Positions 25,715 to 38,609 of a stretch of DNA of 64,000 nucleotides are shown one piece after another. The stretch is from positions 1 through 64,000 of the forward strand of contig JABANN010000102.1 in assembly GCA_013115125.1 (NCBI GenBank), read 5' to 3'. Numbering within the stretch: the first letter of the stretch is position 1; every line of letters begins with the position of its first letter. The position numbers and the translations under genes were made by a program. This DNA comes from Perkinsus olseni (taxonomy: Eukaryota). The notes beneath the pieces were generated by a model. It was not told the DNA's origin, did no database searches, and worked only from the letters and a program-made list of their open reading frames with translations.

Positions 25715-28700
25715 ATGTCTAACGTCGGCAGTGGCTCGGTATCGACGATAAGGCCAGCTGGAACAGCAGCTGATGCTACTAGTACTTGCATTGAAAACAC
25801 TATGGAAGATGAACGCCTCATGTACCGTGCTTCAAGCGAGGTATCTCGAAGGCCCATCTCAGGACGGCTAAGATCGCCCCGAGGTATCGACAAGGACTTC
25901 CTGGTACTGCAGAGTCGGCCATGCCTCCCCGGGCTGAGCCGAGCGCTGATGCTGTTGAAGACTTCGATGAGGAGGTGGGTGACCACAGTACAAGGAGAGC
26001 AGCGCCTCCGTGGGCGGTATCCCTTTGGCACTAGGCGATCTCTATGCGTTGGAATTGACCGGGCTGCTTTAGGTGGTCGTACCCCCATTCAGCTGGCCTA
26101 CTGGGAAGCCCCGGGTTATCTTCTCATCCAGTTTCGCACTTCGCTCGCTTGAACTAACTAGGAATGTGTCGGCGGGGAGTTTGCCTTTCAGTGCGAGAAG
26201 TACTTGGCGAGCCATCCAGACTTCATGAGAACGCTGTGGCACGACCGGCTGGTGCAGAGGCAGACGGGCCTACTGGAGAAGCACATGCAGATGACGCAGC
26301 GGCAGCATCAGGATCTCACCATGGCTATCAAGCAGGTGGGGCTCTTGCTGCTGAGAGGAGTTGTGGGGAGGCAGTGACATGTTCCTTATGGCAACTCAAT
26401 GCCGCTTGTGACGAAGTGAACTGGGCTGGAAAGCCCCACCAGAGTAATAGAGATACTAGTCCTTCAATTGAGGCATTGGTACCTAACTTAGACTATCTGA
26501 TGCCCAAGATATCACAACTGTGCGCCAATCGTATCCTTGTGTCATGTTTGGCAGTAGGTGTTATCGCTGCATGTGGAGGGCATGACCAAGCAGATGGAGG
26601 CGGGGGAGCAGCAGAAGGAGAGTGCCCGAGACCGTGCTCAGAAGGAGGCTCAGGATAAGCTCGATGTGCGCCGGTGGCAGCGACAACTGCGACTACGGCT
26701 CTCCGTTCTCCTCTGTGGCGTCTTGTGGAATATTGCAATTTCCCATTATGAACTATTGATTGGATAGTGGAAGGCTTCCTCTATCGGTACCCGTAATACG
26801 GTCAAAATTATAATACGGGCACGGCATACACCCTTACAATAAGGGACGCCTCCGTACCGCTCTGTTGCTTAGCTCTAGTGGAAGCATCAGCGATCATATC
26901 GACTAAGGAAAGTCCCGGGCAATTGATGGGCGATGAGTGGGAGTTGTGGTAATGTTTGTCATCAGCTCGCCTTAACTCTGCTGAACGAGCGAAGTGAGAG
27001 GATCGTCGAGCAGTTGAAGACGGGGGCTAACTTCGAGGCGGCACTCAAGGCCACAGTGACGGAGATAACGAAGGACCAACAGCAGCAGCAACGTCGAGCG
27101 GAGGGCGATAAGGAGAATTGCTGCCATCACCATCATAACCAGTTTGCAGACTCGCCGAGTAGGCACGCCTCGGTTGTCCTTTTGGTCTTCGCGTTGGCAG
27201 GTTCCCCACCGGGCGTGGCAGTAGCTGGTCTGAAGAGTGAGCTGAAGTTGGTGCAAAGGCAACTGGATGAGGTTTGTGGTGAAAAAATGCGAGGTGCTGG
27301 GATTGAACCTAGGATTTCCCCAGGTGCTCACCAAGGCCGTTACTATGCGTACTGATGCAGTCCTTGAAGCCGACAGAGCACAGCAGCCCGTCACTCTTGA
27401 GGGGGGCGCAGGGCAACCGAGTCTGCCGGCGGGAAGTCGCGTGCAGGTGAGGGTAGTCCAATGTGGCGGCCGGCCCTCTCGACGACGATCGGGATGACCT
27501 AGTTCAGATCGGGGGGTATTACGACGAGGTCCGTTCCGAAGTAGATGGTATCATGGCTGAAGTTCGGGCCATTAAATGGGGCTTCGACGGTGACAAGAGT
27601 CTCCTGAAAGTACTTGATTTGGAGAAGGGCACTCTGAAGGGAAAGAGAGAAGCATCGCCATTGAGGCCTAGGATGACGAAGGTAACCCTGATCCGAGGGG
27701 GATTGGCCGGACCTCTTCTCGTCAGCCACCACCGATACCCTACTTTGGCGCCCGCGTCGCCGTTGGTACGGCGGGACCGGTAGAGGCCCCTCAAGGCTTC
27801 GCCGCTGCGCAAGCTGCTGGTGGGTGTGGGGCCATGGTAGCTTCGCTCCGCTCATTTTGTTGCAGTTCCTGGGTACGGCATATCATCGAAGAAGCCGGCG
27901 CACTTCGAGAAGTTGAAGGCTACGGAAAGGTTTCTGAAGCCAACAGTGAGGCGAGAGGGACAAGTCCGGCGTGGTGCTGGTGCACGACAGACGACCTCAA
28001 CCCCGCCGCCGAAGAGCATCAGGAGCCGATTACGGCAACCCCCGACGAGACCGGAGCGGAGAGCGAAGGCACCAGCAAGCGCTCCCACGAAGGCTGATAA
28101 GGGGGTGGCGACAAGCTCAATCTCCGACCGACAGCAGCAGCCAGAGTGGGACGATACCGTCCTTGGTTGTGAGATACCTCGGGAGCCTCCTCCGGTGAAA
28201 AGGAAGGCCCCACCGCCCCAACGAGAAAAGCTTCGGCCTCAGAGAGGGAAGGCCCGGAAGGGAGTTGGTAAACGACAAGGGAAGACGAAGAGCACAGCGC
28301 CCCCGGTGGGTAAGCCGAGCGGGCTGAGATGGGACGCCGTGAACGATCTGGTTATGCTCATCCCGCCTGCAATAGCGCCGCAGCCGAAGGCACCATTGGG
28401 GCTCGCCGTTACGGGAAGTACCTTGTCGAGCACTGCAGAGGTGCCTCGGTTGCAGCAGAGGGCAATGAAGTCCCGAGAGGTGCGGAGTGAGGAGGAGTCT
28501 CTAGTGGAGAGGCTGATGGGGAAGTATGGTGCGGCGAGTGGGGTCGAGGATTCTGTCTTGAGTGGGCTGGTTGATGATATCATGCTGGGGTCAGCGAGGA
28601 CGGTGGGCGGTAGGGCGGAGACCAGGGACTCGGCTAGGTCGGGTACTAGTCACAGAAGTGCTGATGTGCCTGTGGTGCCTCTCCCTGAGCGGAGCGAAGC

Positions 28701-30040
28701 GAGGAGCAGGGTACGCGGCGAAGAGCAGCCATGTCCTCAGCGGAGAGTTTTTCAACGGAGTCCGTCCGAAGATCGAGAGACGGATGGTACTGATGCCCAC
28801 CTGGCAGGAGTTGATGCAGAGATCACGAAGGTTGAGGTTGGCATTGACGCTCCCGCCGTCGAACTGAGGAATTCAGCTTTGCAAACGATTGAGGTGAGGA
28901 CGGTGATGAGGGCGGCGTGAGGTACGTTCAGGTGGAGTTTGTGGAGTCCGGAGTGGACCCCTTGCCAGTGCTGCAGGACCCACCCGGGGGAGAAGGAGAG
29001 GATCGGGTTAGACAAGAGACTACGCGGGTGAGGAACGCTGGTAGAGGGATGGGGCGATCCCCTCTGATGGGACTTCCCGCCTCAGGACACCGCACCAACT
29101 GAGTCGAGCGATCGACCAGTGACAAGAGCAGAAGTTAATGGTGAGTTCGGGTATCCTTACCCCTCAGGAACCTGGTGCCCCTCCGTCGGTTATAGAAAAC
29201 GCGAGATGGGAAGAAGTATGAAATCCCTCTACCTAGTCTTTTTAAGTTCACGCTCTCGAGGGCGATCAGCTATGCACGCATTCACGAGGCGATCGGCCGC
29301 ATGACGAGCAAGCGTGCTTGTCAGACGCTGCGGTTTCGGCGCATCTCGACACCGCGAGTGGAGGCGTCTCCTCCTCCTCCTCATCGTCCTTGAGAGTCTC
29401 CTCGACAGTAGTTGTTGATAGGTGGGTTGTGGTCGACTGTCGCTCGCATCGCTACGCAACAATTCCCTCAGTGTTGCTACGGCGTCGTTGCTGGGTTCGA
29501 GTGGGAATTCATTGGCGGAGCTTGAGGGGCAGAGGTCCCCAGGTGGGTGCCGATTGAGGTTGAGAATTTCGTGGCGCAGTGACGGCTGAGTTGCGAATCT
29601 GTTCAGGGGAAATACGGCAGAATCGGAGCTCAGCTCAGCGCAATGAAGGGTCATCCCTGTCTGAGGGTGAAATTAGGGAAAGTCGAGGCACCGATGGTGC
29701 ACAGCCAACATGAATGCTCTTTCTAACACCTGGGTAAAGTTTCGTTTCCTTCCGTGAAGTCAATGACGTAACTCTGAGATCTGCAGATGATGTCCACCTG
29801 AATGCGGCATCCCCGTGATGAGTGACTGGTGACTCACCAAAGCCAAACTGTCTGTCTGATGAACTGTTTCCAACGAAGCGCTCCAAACACTGGAGAAGAA
29901 ATACGAAAATAATTTCAGGTGAAGCTTTCCAGTAAGGTTCGCGACAGCTCCGATTCGGCCCTTGCTCCGAACGAGCCATCGATGCTGGCACGCAGGCCGG
30001 TAAGGGAAGGAATGGGGAATTCATTCCGCAAGGCAACTAA
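25715..30040 (+). CDS. Multi-exon hypothetical protein (coiled-coil N-terminal exons, low-complexity basic Pro-rich exon 27913..28920)
   Basis: Starts MSNVGSGSVST. Successive short exons with GT-AG introns (e.g. EGMTKQMEAGEQQKESARDRAQKEAQDK, LKSELKLVQRQLDE) and a 335-codon open frame. The end is approximate. Confidence 0.5.
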
Positions 30041-30399
30041 GAGACAGAGAGCGAGGTGGGAAGCGGGTGGTTGACGGCGCGGAGATAGTCCGTTTGACAG
30101 CTATGGAGGGTATAGCGGACGCATTGTCATCGACTCACGCCATTTGGAAGTGTGTGTGAGTTCGTAGTCCGACGCCGGTTCCGGCATAGTTGGGCTCTTA
30201 CCGGTGTGCTCAGTCGCTAACTGACAGTCAGGGGCTCAGTGCGACGTAGTTAAAGCAGGCTCGAAAAAGGCCATTGGGAATGCCAGAAAACAATGTCTCC
30301 TCGTACCCGCATTTTCTGAGAACATCTCATATTCATTGAGCTGGATTGTTACCTTTGTTTATGGAGTTTTTGCTAGTCATCGGGGACATAGGGTGTCTA

Positions 30400-31720
30400 A
30401 CTTATTGAATCATATGGATTCAATAAGTCAGGCAGAGAAAAAATTCTTTCCTCCCTTCATTCACTTGACGAACTCAGGGAAGTTGGAACTCAGGGAGGAC
30501 TCAGGCCAGGTCATCAAGCGTGAAAAGATCGTTCGTCCAGGTTGGGTAACTTGCAAGAAGCAAGAAGGGTGGGGATACGAGCAACTGACAAAAAGCGGAT
30601 TCCGCTTTTCCCAAGTTATCCGGAGCCACTTAATAACCGAGTCCTGATTGTCTTCGTGAAGCTTCAAGGGTAGAAAAGATAAAGCGAGACGTCACTGTAG
30701 GCCACCGTGGCCTGGCTACGCCTGACCTGACCAAGTGTCAGCCCGTAGTACCTCAAAATGGAAGAGAACACTCCATACAGCACGCCGTGTTTAACGCAGT
30801 ATCTTGAGGGGTGTATGATACCCAAGCATCGAAGCCAGGAGTGCGATGACGATTTCAGGCGAGCAGGTATGCTGCCCGGCAACTCGGTAGCAGTTACCTT
30901 CTTAAATTACCTAATTATCTCTGAATAACTGTGTGGAGGGAGGTGGTCCTGACGAAGGGTGTCGCGACAATGTTTTGGTCTTCGAATCAACCGTCATGGT
31001 TGATAGGTCATCAATGAGGATACTGTTGAACGATGATCAAAATCCGTTCGTGCTCAGTTGCTCAACAGAAGTGGGTGTTGGGGTGCGAGCTAGGCGAGCT
31101 CCATGGCAAAACCTATACTATTACTCGCCGTGTATATACTATTACTCGCAGTTGTTGCGGCGATACATCCACTGATCGGCTCTCATCCCAATAAGACATC
31201 CGACGGGACTGTTCGACTCTGTCAGGCGAAGCCTTAAGTGACGCTCTCATTCGTACTTTTGTTGATCGCCTTCTGTGAACCCTTTCGGTTATATATCCCT
31301 CGGTCTTCCAGATTAACAACTGGAAACACTAATCCAGGCTTGTAATAATAACAATATCAATAATCACCTATGATAGAAAATACCCACTCTCTACCACAAT
31401 ATATAACGACGTAAGTGGTTGATTGTGACCACCAAAGTAATATGTAATACAACTCGTAACTTAATGATTAATGACTGAACCCACAGCTAGCGTACTAGCC
31501 ACCCACGGAGTGTCCCAAAGGCATCTGAATGGGAGAAAAGGAGACAATCTACACAATTGCCGAGACTTCTTCATTAGTGTCCTTTTGGGACGCAACACTT
31601 TCTTCGTATCCTGAGGGGAAACCAGGGCCTTCAAGGTCGTTGATATTCGAGCTGCTCGACCATCAATGAACAGTATGATACTATTCTCACTCCCGATGAT
31701 GTACGTTTTCTCTTCCTTGT
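30400..31720 (-). mobile_element. Degenerate Ty1/Copia RT-RNase H remnant
   Basis: Minus strand, in order: FIDGRAA (DVxxAYL-like), VIIDIVIITS (YVDDI-like), KLHEDNQ (Copia RNase H xEDNQ) and a frameshifted DLFT. Confidence 0.5.
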
Positions 31721-33224
31721 TTTGTTCTACAGCATCGCGGTCGGCAGCGGAGTTCGTTGTCGTAACCTGGGGGGGGGTTGGGGTCTCGTGGTGGGTGCCG
31801 GACCGGCACTGCCGGTCGGAGTAGTGTTTCGACGAAACAGTTTCGTAGCACTCTCGAGGGTCAACGTCCTAACATTTAAGCAGCTGACTCATGACACGCA
31901 GTAGTACGTAAATAGCGGCTGAACTGTTCCTTAGGACCAACGGTCGCAGTCGTAGCAGACGGCTCGTTGACTTCGCTATGCTTAAGAAGGATTCTAAGGA
32001 GTGGGACGACGACAAGCGACACTGTGTCGACGCTCTCCTTATGGACACAGTTCATGTGTCACATGACATGTGATTACCCGATGGACAACGATCTGTTTTG
32101 AGTGTACAGAAGTTACCGCAATTATCACACTTCGTAGCGAAGCGACGAGCACTGACCGTAAGCATAATGGGGCTCGCCATGAGGAAGTGAACGCAAGATT
32201 GCAAGGTTCAGACTGTGACGTGATTGGCTCACCGCCGGATTTGCCTAGCTCGAGCTAGCTCTCCTGGCGAGGCCGCCACTAAATCGATCACACGATCTAT
32301 ATCGATATCCAAGAGCGCGCGGCTCACTCAGTGTTTGTGTAGTTCTCTGCGCTCCTAGGATTCGCTTGGCACTTTCATTGAGGAGCTCGTATACCTCTGA
32401 GATCACATCATGGCTGCCGTGTAAAGTTGGTCACTCTGAATAGCCTTCATTCCTCTGTGATCCTCGCTCGCCTTGGGCCAGCGACAATACTGTTTTTCGA
32501 GTGGGGGTATCCGATTCCGCCCATCGATCGTCTCCCGTTTGATAGAAGAATGGTTTGGATCACGATAGTCCGATCTATGTCTTGCCGATACGGCTGCAAG
32601 CGTTCACGCCGACACAGTTCCACCTAGTGTTTTGATGTGTGGTAGATAATAGTCGAGTATTGGTCACTATGCTGTCCCGATACAGTGTTAAGGCAAATCC
32701 CTCAAATGTCGACTAAACAGGTCGTCATCATCGCCGCCGCTGCTGCAGCAGCCCTGGTCCCTCTCGCCTCCGCTGGGGTAGGCACATAGGTCCTTGGCAG
32801 ATGTCGTTGCGCACTTCATTAATGTGCGGACCGCATAGTGCAGTTTCGCTCATGCGAAACGGTATGATGAGCTTTGGGTGTCGATTATCCCGTAGCCCAC
32901 TTTCAGGAGTTCCCACCACTCAAGAGCGTGAGCCTCCGTCGTAAGGGCAACGTCGCTATCATAGCGACGCTATGTGTTACTACAGCGAGAAGGACTTTGA
33001 TGTGAACAACCGCGCAGCTTTGGTCCTCTCAGTTGGCTTGAAGGACAACCTAAGAACGATGCACATCAAGTGCCCAGCAGATGGCAAACAGAAGCCGTTC
33101 GAGACCCTGTTGTAAGTCATATCTTGAAAGAAGTTTGATCTGCCGCCATCACTCTGCCTTCTTTCCCGTAGCTCCTTCGACCCAAACGTCGTCCAGCAAT
33201 ATCACCGTAACTTCCCACATCCCA

Positions 33225-33631
33225 ACTGGGAGAATATTTTCTATTTCCACGATCCTCCTTCTTACGGCGCTGGTGCTGACCCGTTGACGCGTATGAGCAA
33301 CTCACCCTTTCATGATTCGGTGGTTAAGCTAGACAAAGCCGCTAAAGAGATTGACTACACGCCTATCCGAGCAAGCGCCGAAGTGGTCCTGGAGGAAGAC
33401 TTGAAAGGCAAGCTGGGAGATGCTGGGGAGAAGACGCTGGAGGCGGGAAGAAACGTTTGTGGTGCTGTCATGGAAGTTCTGAAAAGCAAGTATGATTTAA
33501 AGCAACTGTGCAATGAGGTTCACGACGCCTCCGATCGTGCCATCGCCGCTGCTAAGCAGGCCGATAAGAAGTTCAGGAAGAATGAGGGTATTGTCCCTGA
33601 GGGTTCTTTCACCGAAATTGTGGACGCATAA
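33225..33631 (+). pseudogene. Small helical protein; hydrophobic leader out of frame with the 115-aa ORF (probable frameshifted secreted-protein gene)
   Basis: IFSISTILLLTALVLT ends in a stop just where ORF 33284..33631 (…DSVVKLDKAAKEIDY…CNEVHDAS…) begins. Confidence 0.4.
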
Positions 33632-35076
33632 CGACCTTTCATCCACGAGTTGCAGCGCGAATACGTTCAGTGTTGTACAAGAACCGATACTATTATCGTC
33701 ATGATTCACATGCACAGTTATTACTGTCCCCTTTTCAACACAACACAGCTTAGTGTGGCGAAGATTCATATTCAATCTACCTGTCGTTATTCAAGTACAT
33801 GAATGACCAATACTCTCGGTGCTGTGAGGTGATTCTTATCTTTTATTGTTCAAGATTTATTCCCATTCGTATAATATAACATGTGCTATGTTTATCAAGA
33901 GTGTTGGGTGTTGGCGTTTGAAGAGTTGAGGAATGACTATGAGCTATTCATAGCGGACGGTCACATTACTCTTGCCCGGTCTGATGATGATCTCAGTCCG
34001 GCTACGACTATCACCACTAGTCACCGGGTGCTGTCACGTGGTGAATTTTGCTGGTTCGAGCTGAAGACGCCACGGTAGGCTACAAGGAGTATACCGGCGT
34101 CCCCTGTATGCGTCATCATCGTCAGTGAGTGTTTGTCTTCAACACCGGACTATTCAGACTGAGAAGCTTTCTGTCTCAGGCCGGATCTGATCACGCATCC
34201 GAGGGGCTGTGCTTACCAGTAGTACGGTACCGCCATTACACCTGCGATGACAGATGGCGGCCTGTTTGGTCAGATGCGCCACCACGTGTCTCATCTCCAT
34301 GACTTGGAAGGTCAGTGAAACATGGCCACGTCGGTCCGCATTCTTTCAATGAGCTCGGATGTCCCACCAGTTCATCCTTCCACCTCTCGTCCAGCTATGC
34401 TTTTTGAAGTGAGGTTACTTTTCAACTTTCGCTTCCGACTTCAGTCAACCGGCGGCTGATCCTCTTTGACTATGAGTGACACCCTTGAGGACACTCAAAA
34501 TGACAGAGGAATCGCACCACAGTTTCATATTACCGCTGTCGGTCTTTCTTCATTCGTGTACTGACGGGAACCCTGAGGGCCACTGATAGTTACCCGTATT
34601 ACTCTTACCTCCGGTGGTATGTGTCATCTCTCAGTGTTGCTATCCAGCACAAGAGTGCTACGAGAGCACGTTGCCAGAACCCAAGGGGTTGGGTGGCAGG
34701 TGTCGCTGGAGGTTGATAATGTTGTAATATTATCAACCTCCGTTCCTGTAATCCACTCTGTGCGACTCCTACAGAGAGAAATAGACTGTCGGCTGTAAGA
34801 AAGAATGCTAGCAAGAATACGCTTGAGGACATACGAAAGATCTGTCGAGTGTGGCACACAGTCGCAACCGAGCGGCTCGCATGGTACACCATCAATGTGA
34901 CACATTGGTCATCAAATCATATCATGTATCATATGATGGAACTTCTATCATAGAAGTTTAATTTGTATCATGCGCGACTGGAGCATTATCGTCTTGATGC
35001 CTTACAAACCGTGGTATTGTGTCTCATCATCAGCTGTCTTGTCTTCACAGTACGTTCCCATATTGCGAATCACGGT

Positions 35077-35320
35077 GCTAGGCCCTGTCGGTACTGCAGT
35101 ACTGAGCGCTAGGCCCTGTCGGTACTGCAGTACTGAGCGCTAGGCCCTATCGGTACTGCAGTACTGAGTGCTAGGCCCTATCGGTACTGCAGTACTGAGT
35201 GCTAGGCCCTATCGGTACTGCAGTACTGAGCGGTAGGCCCTATCGGTACTGCAGTACTGAGTGCTAGAGCATTTCGGTATTTCAGTACTGAGTGTTAGAG
35301 CCTTCGGGTACTAGTCTAGT
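35077..35320. repeat. 31-bp minisatellite, 6 near-perfect plus ~2 decayed copies, each with the palindrome GTACTGCAGTAC
   Basis: Unit gctaggccctrtcggtactgcagtactgagy is directly visible. Confidence 0.97.
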
Positions 35321-36884
35321 ACTACTAGAATAGCTCGCCGCTCTGCGTTTGAGTAATAGGTTATTTCCTCGCAGTCTAGTTGGTCCTCATTTGGGGATCT
35401 GCCAGAAAGCCATAGGCCCGGCATCTGAGAACTTCAGTCACTCATATGGCAGCAGCCGCATCGACAGTCGAAGCGAACTACACTACCTTCTCATTCGTCC
35501 CTTCTACCGCTTCCCATCAGCAATGCGAAACAGCGGTGGGGCAGTTGGAGTCTGGTACGTAGAATTGATTAAAGCCCCCTCCAGTGATAGCGGAGTCCCT
35601 AGGCACCCTGCCGTCGGCCTCGAATGAGTCTCTACACCCCTACGATGTGACAGCCCACACCGCTGAACAGAATGAGTTGGATATGGTCGAAGCTCAAGAC
35701 TCGGGATGCTCTGAACCTCACTCGGATAACGCTGAGCCCGTGGGCTCTCATCGCTCTGTGGTGAGCTTGTGAAGAGACTGGCTGATTGAGAACACGACAC
35801 GGACAGACTCTTGCCGAAATCCAATCTGTGGCCTATTGTCTTCGCACCATCAACGCTTTAGCTAAGCTTCATATCGGAGCAAGATAGGGTCAGCGATCTG
35901 AACCTTAGAAGCTACAGCTGGCTGAAAGGAAAGGACCGTCGTTATACCAGAATAAACCCTCTTCTTTGTCGTCCCCTCAGGGCATCGGTGCAGGGGGAGT
36001 CCTGTTAGCAGCTACGGCAGTGGTGTCTGCTAAGGGGCCAGAATTCGGTGGGGGTGGCATCGGCCCTATGGATGATGTACAAAACTCTGCAGAAGTCAGT
36101 GACACATCTACTGCAGGTGACGACTGGATTGCCGAGTTGGCATTTCCGCTGATTCCGGTCATTCAACACAGAATATAGGTGTGACCTGGTCGTGTGTGCG
36201 TGCTGGAGTGACCATCTTTAATGACCTCTTCTGAACTTCTCAGAGTGATGGTGTTTAAGCAGCATATGTATCTTGGCGGTCGTGCAACAGAATCTATTGT
36301 TCGTAGCATGACAAGTGTTATTATGTAGAATCTTTCCACCGGATCGACGATTCTCCCAGAATCACCCCGGGCTATCGAGATACAACGACACGATTGGCTG
36401 TCTCTAAGACAGTGGGGCAGCTCGTGAATTGTTTTTGCACTCGCCTCAGCTCCCTCCTCGACGAGCACCGCTGGTCCACTGCGCCCAGGAGGATTGAAAA
36501 CCACTATAGCATACCCAGAGGCGCTGGTTAACGAACAGAGCTACCCTGCGATGGGTGTAACAGGGGACCGCCGGCTGATCCGTGTGTGAGCGCCGCTTGT
36601 GGTAGGTCGGGTGTTGCTGCCCCTCCTGCCAATCGAAGAAGCAGGAACTCCAAGATCAGCTGCGCCAAGGAAGTGACGGGGCTTCAATTCATCCTGACCT
36701 GGTGAGATCATGTTGCTAGTGCTACCCAGTCAGGTGAGAGTGACTACCATCATGGTAGTACCATAGTCGGCAAGAGAGCTTCCGCTGTTCTCTGAACGTG
36801 AGGCCTTCTCGCCAGGGGCCCTCCGATCTCCTTATAGCCCGTGTGGCGCTGAGCAGTCAGTTATAGTCGCCACACGCACTCACA

Positions 36885-37900
36885 ATGCAAGAATTGGAAG
36901 CGGTCTGTCGCAAATGTACCAATTCTGCGATCTTGGCCGAGTCTCTGATGAGGAAAGGAGTCGGGGAGGTACCGTATTGCATTCAGGAGTTGGAGATGTA
37001 TCGTCAGAGTCAGCAGATGATGTACGTGACGCAGTTGACTAACATTCTAGCTCAGCGCGTTGTTGACTTCAAAAGGGAACGGCGGGCAAGACGGGCGTCT
37101 AAGGCGAAGGCGGCCTCCCAGCAGAGGGAAAGCTGCCCTCCGGAGGAAAGCAGCATCCCGCATAAGTCAGCACCATGCAGAGCTAATTGGAGCTGAGTTG
37201 TTTTCTATTTCAGAGGAGATCCCGAGAACGCTCTGGACGGTTGGACATGCGCTCCGGTTCGTCGTGAAAAAAATTGCCGTACATTTTCTTTATCCCAGTG
37301 TTCACTCATGTGATTGCTGTGAGCCGTGATCTCGGATATCTTGTGTTCATGCTGGCATAATACGGAAAGGTTGTTGTACTTTCAATGGTCGGCGTAACAG
37401 AGCAGGTGGAATCCGAACATCACGGAAGTGGAGATGGTCAGGAGGAGGTGAAATTGGCTCACAGTCGAAGACGCTGTTAGAAAAAAATCTGTCAGGGGAT
37501 GTGTACCTGTGCAAGGTGTATAGCGCTAGCGTTGCAGCACACTAACGCGAGAGTCATGATGGCTCAGCAGAACTTGGAGATCGCCCTCAGAGCTGGACCG
37601 CGTCAGGAAGGGGACGACGGCGCCGGGCACAGTCGGGTGGCGGGAGAAGGCCCGACGGAACTCACCGACGTGGGTGGGACAACTGCCTGTTAGACGATCG
37701 AAACGGCCTGCAGGAACTGGAGCTGCGGCGAAGAGAGCTGCAGCTGGAGCGAGCTAGAGAGCTTCATCAGCACATCTACGCGCAAATGGAACTTTTCCAG
37801 TTTTGGGTGCAACAGTTGTATAACGCTCAACGTCCGGCGGAAGAGGACAAAGGAGAGAAGAGCCAGGCGAAGAACGCACCTTTCATGATCACGCCGTACA
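36885..37900 (+). CDS. Multi-exon hypothetical protein
   Basis: MQELEAVCRKCTNSAILAESLMRKGVGE...ELEMYRQSQQMMYVTQLTNILAQRVVDFKRERR, with helical downstream exons and GT-AG junctions. Confidence 0.35.
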
Positions 37901-38419
37901 CGTGAGAGACTCGACATCCCCGACGAAGTTCTATGCATCCGTTCAGCCATCAATGGCTTATAAGTGGCACGCACAGAGCAGCTGATCAAAGTTCATTTGG
38001 TGATGATGATGGAGAAGAAGAGGACGATGAAGAGACTTCAAGCCTCGGAAAGTGCGGAATTCTCTACCGCGGGATCGATTCGATCTATGTGATTCCCGTG
38101 ATTCTCTCGGGTTCTATTTCCTAGTCGCGGCAAATCGATGTGGACCTTGGCCGCCAAGGCTTTGCGTGACCTGTATGGGTCTTTGCATAGGTACCTCACG
38201 CCCCTCCTGGACCTCCTCCAGGGGTGGAAGAGTACCTTCGTTTGTGTGGATGAGAGCAGCAGTGTGACACCGTGACGCGTGTACCGTTCTCTCTGTTGCT
38301 GTATTGGACATGAGTCAGCATATGGTGTTAACATTGAGACATGATGAGTTGTGGATCGAGTTAGTACCGGGAGTTGCTGTGAGGCTGCTTCTCACTTGCG
38401 TTCGGCAAGTTATGTAGTA

Positions 38420-38487
38420 GGATGGGTGATTGAACGGACTTTGATTCAAAAGGTCGCGGGTTCTATCCCCCGCTGAGGTGCTTTTTC
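38420..38487 (+). ncRNA. Degenerate tRNA-like / SINE-like relic followed by a T5 run
   Basis: cggactttgattcaaaaggtcgcgggttctatcccccgctgaggtgcttttt has anticodon-arm-like and T-arm-like segments with a mutated loop, then a Pol III-type terminator. Confidence 0.4.
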
Positions 38488-38609
38488 GCAGATTTTTGCC
38501 GCCTGAACGCGAGTGTAGGTGACGCAAAATCCTGGCAACCTTAACCGATGATATCATTCGCGTTTCCTCCATCGATAGTTGTTGAACTCTATCAAGCCTC
38601 ATAGACTGT

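Noticed and set aside
35077-35320. CRISPR array (31-bp palindromic repeat)
   Set aside because: The units are head-to-tail with no spacers.
35350-36800. Possible further retroelement remnant
   Set aside because: Only short ORFs, and no diagnostic motif could be identified with confidence.
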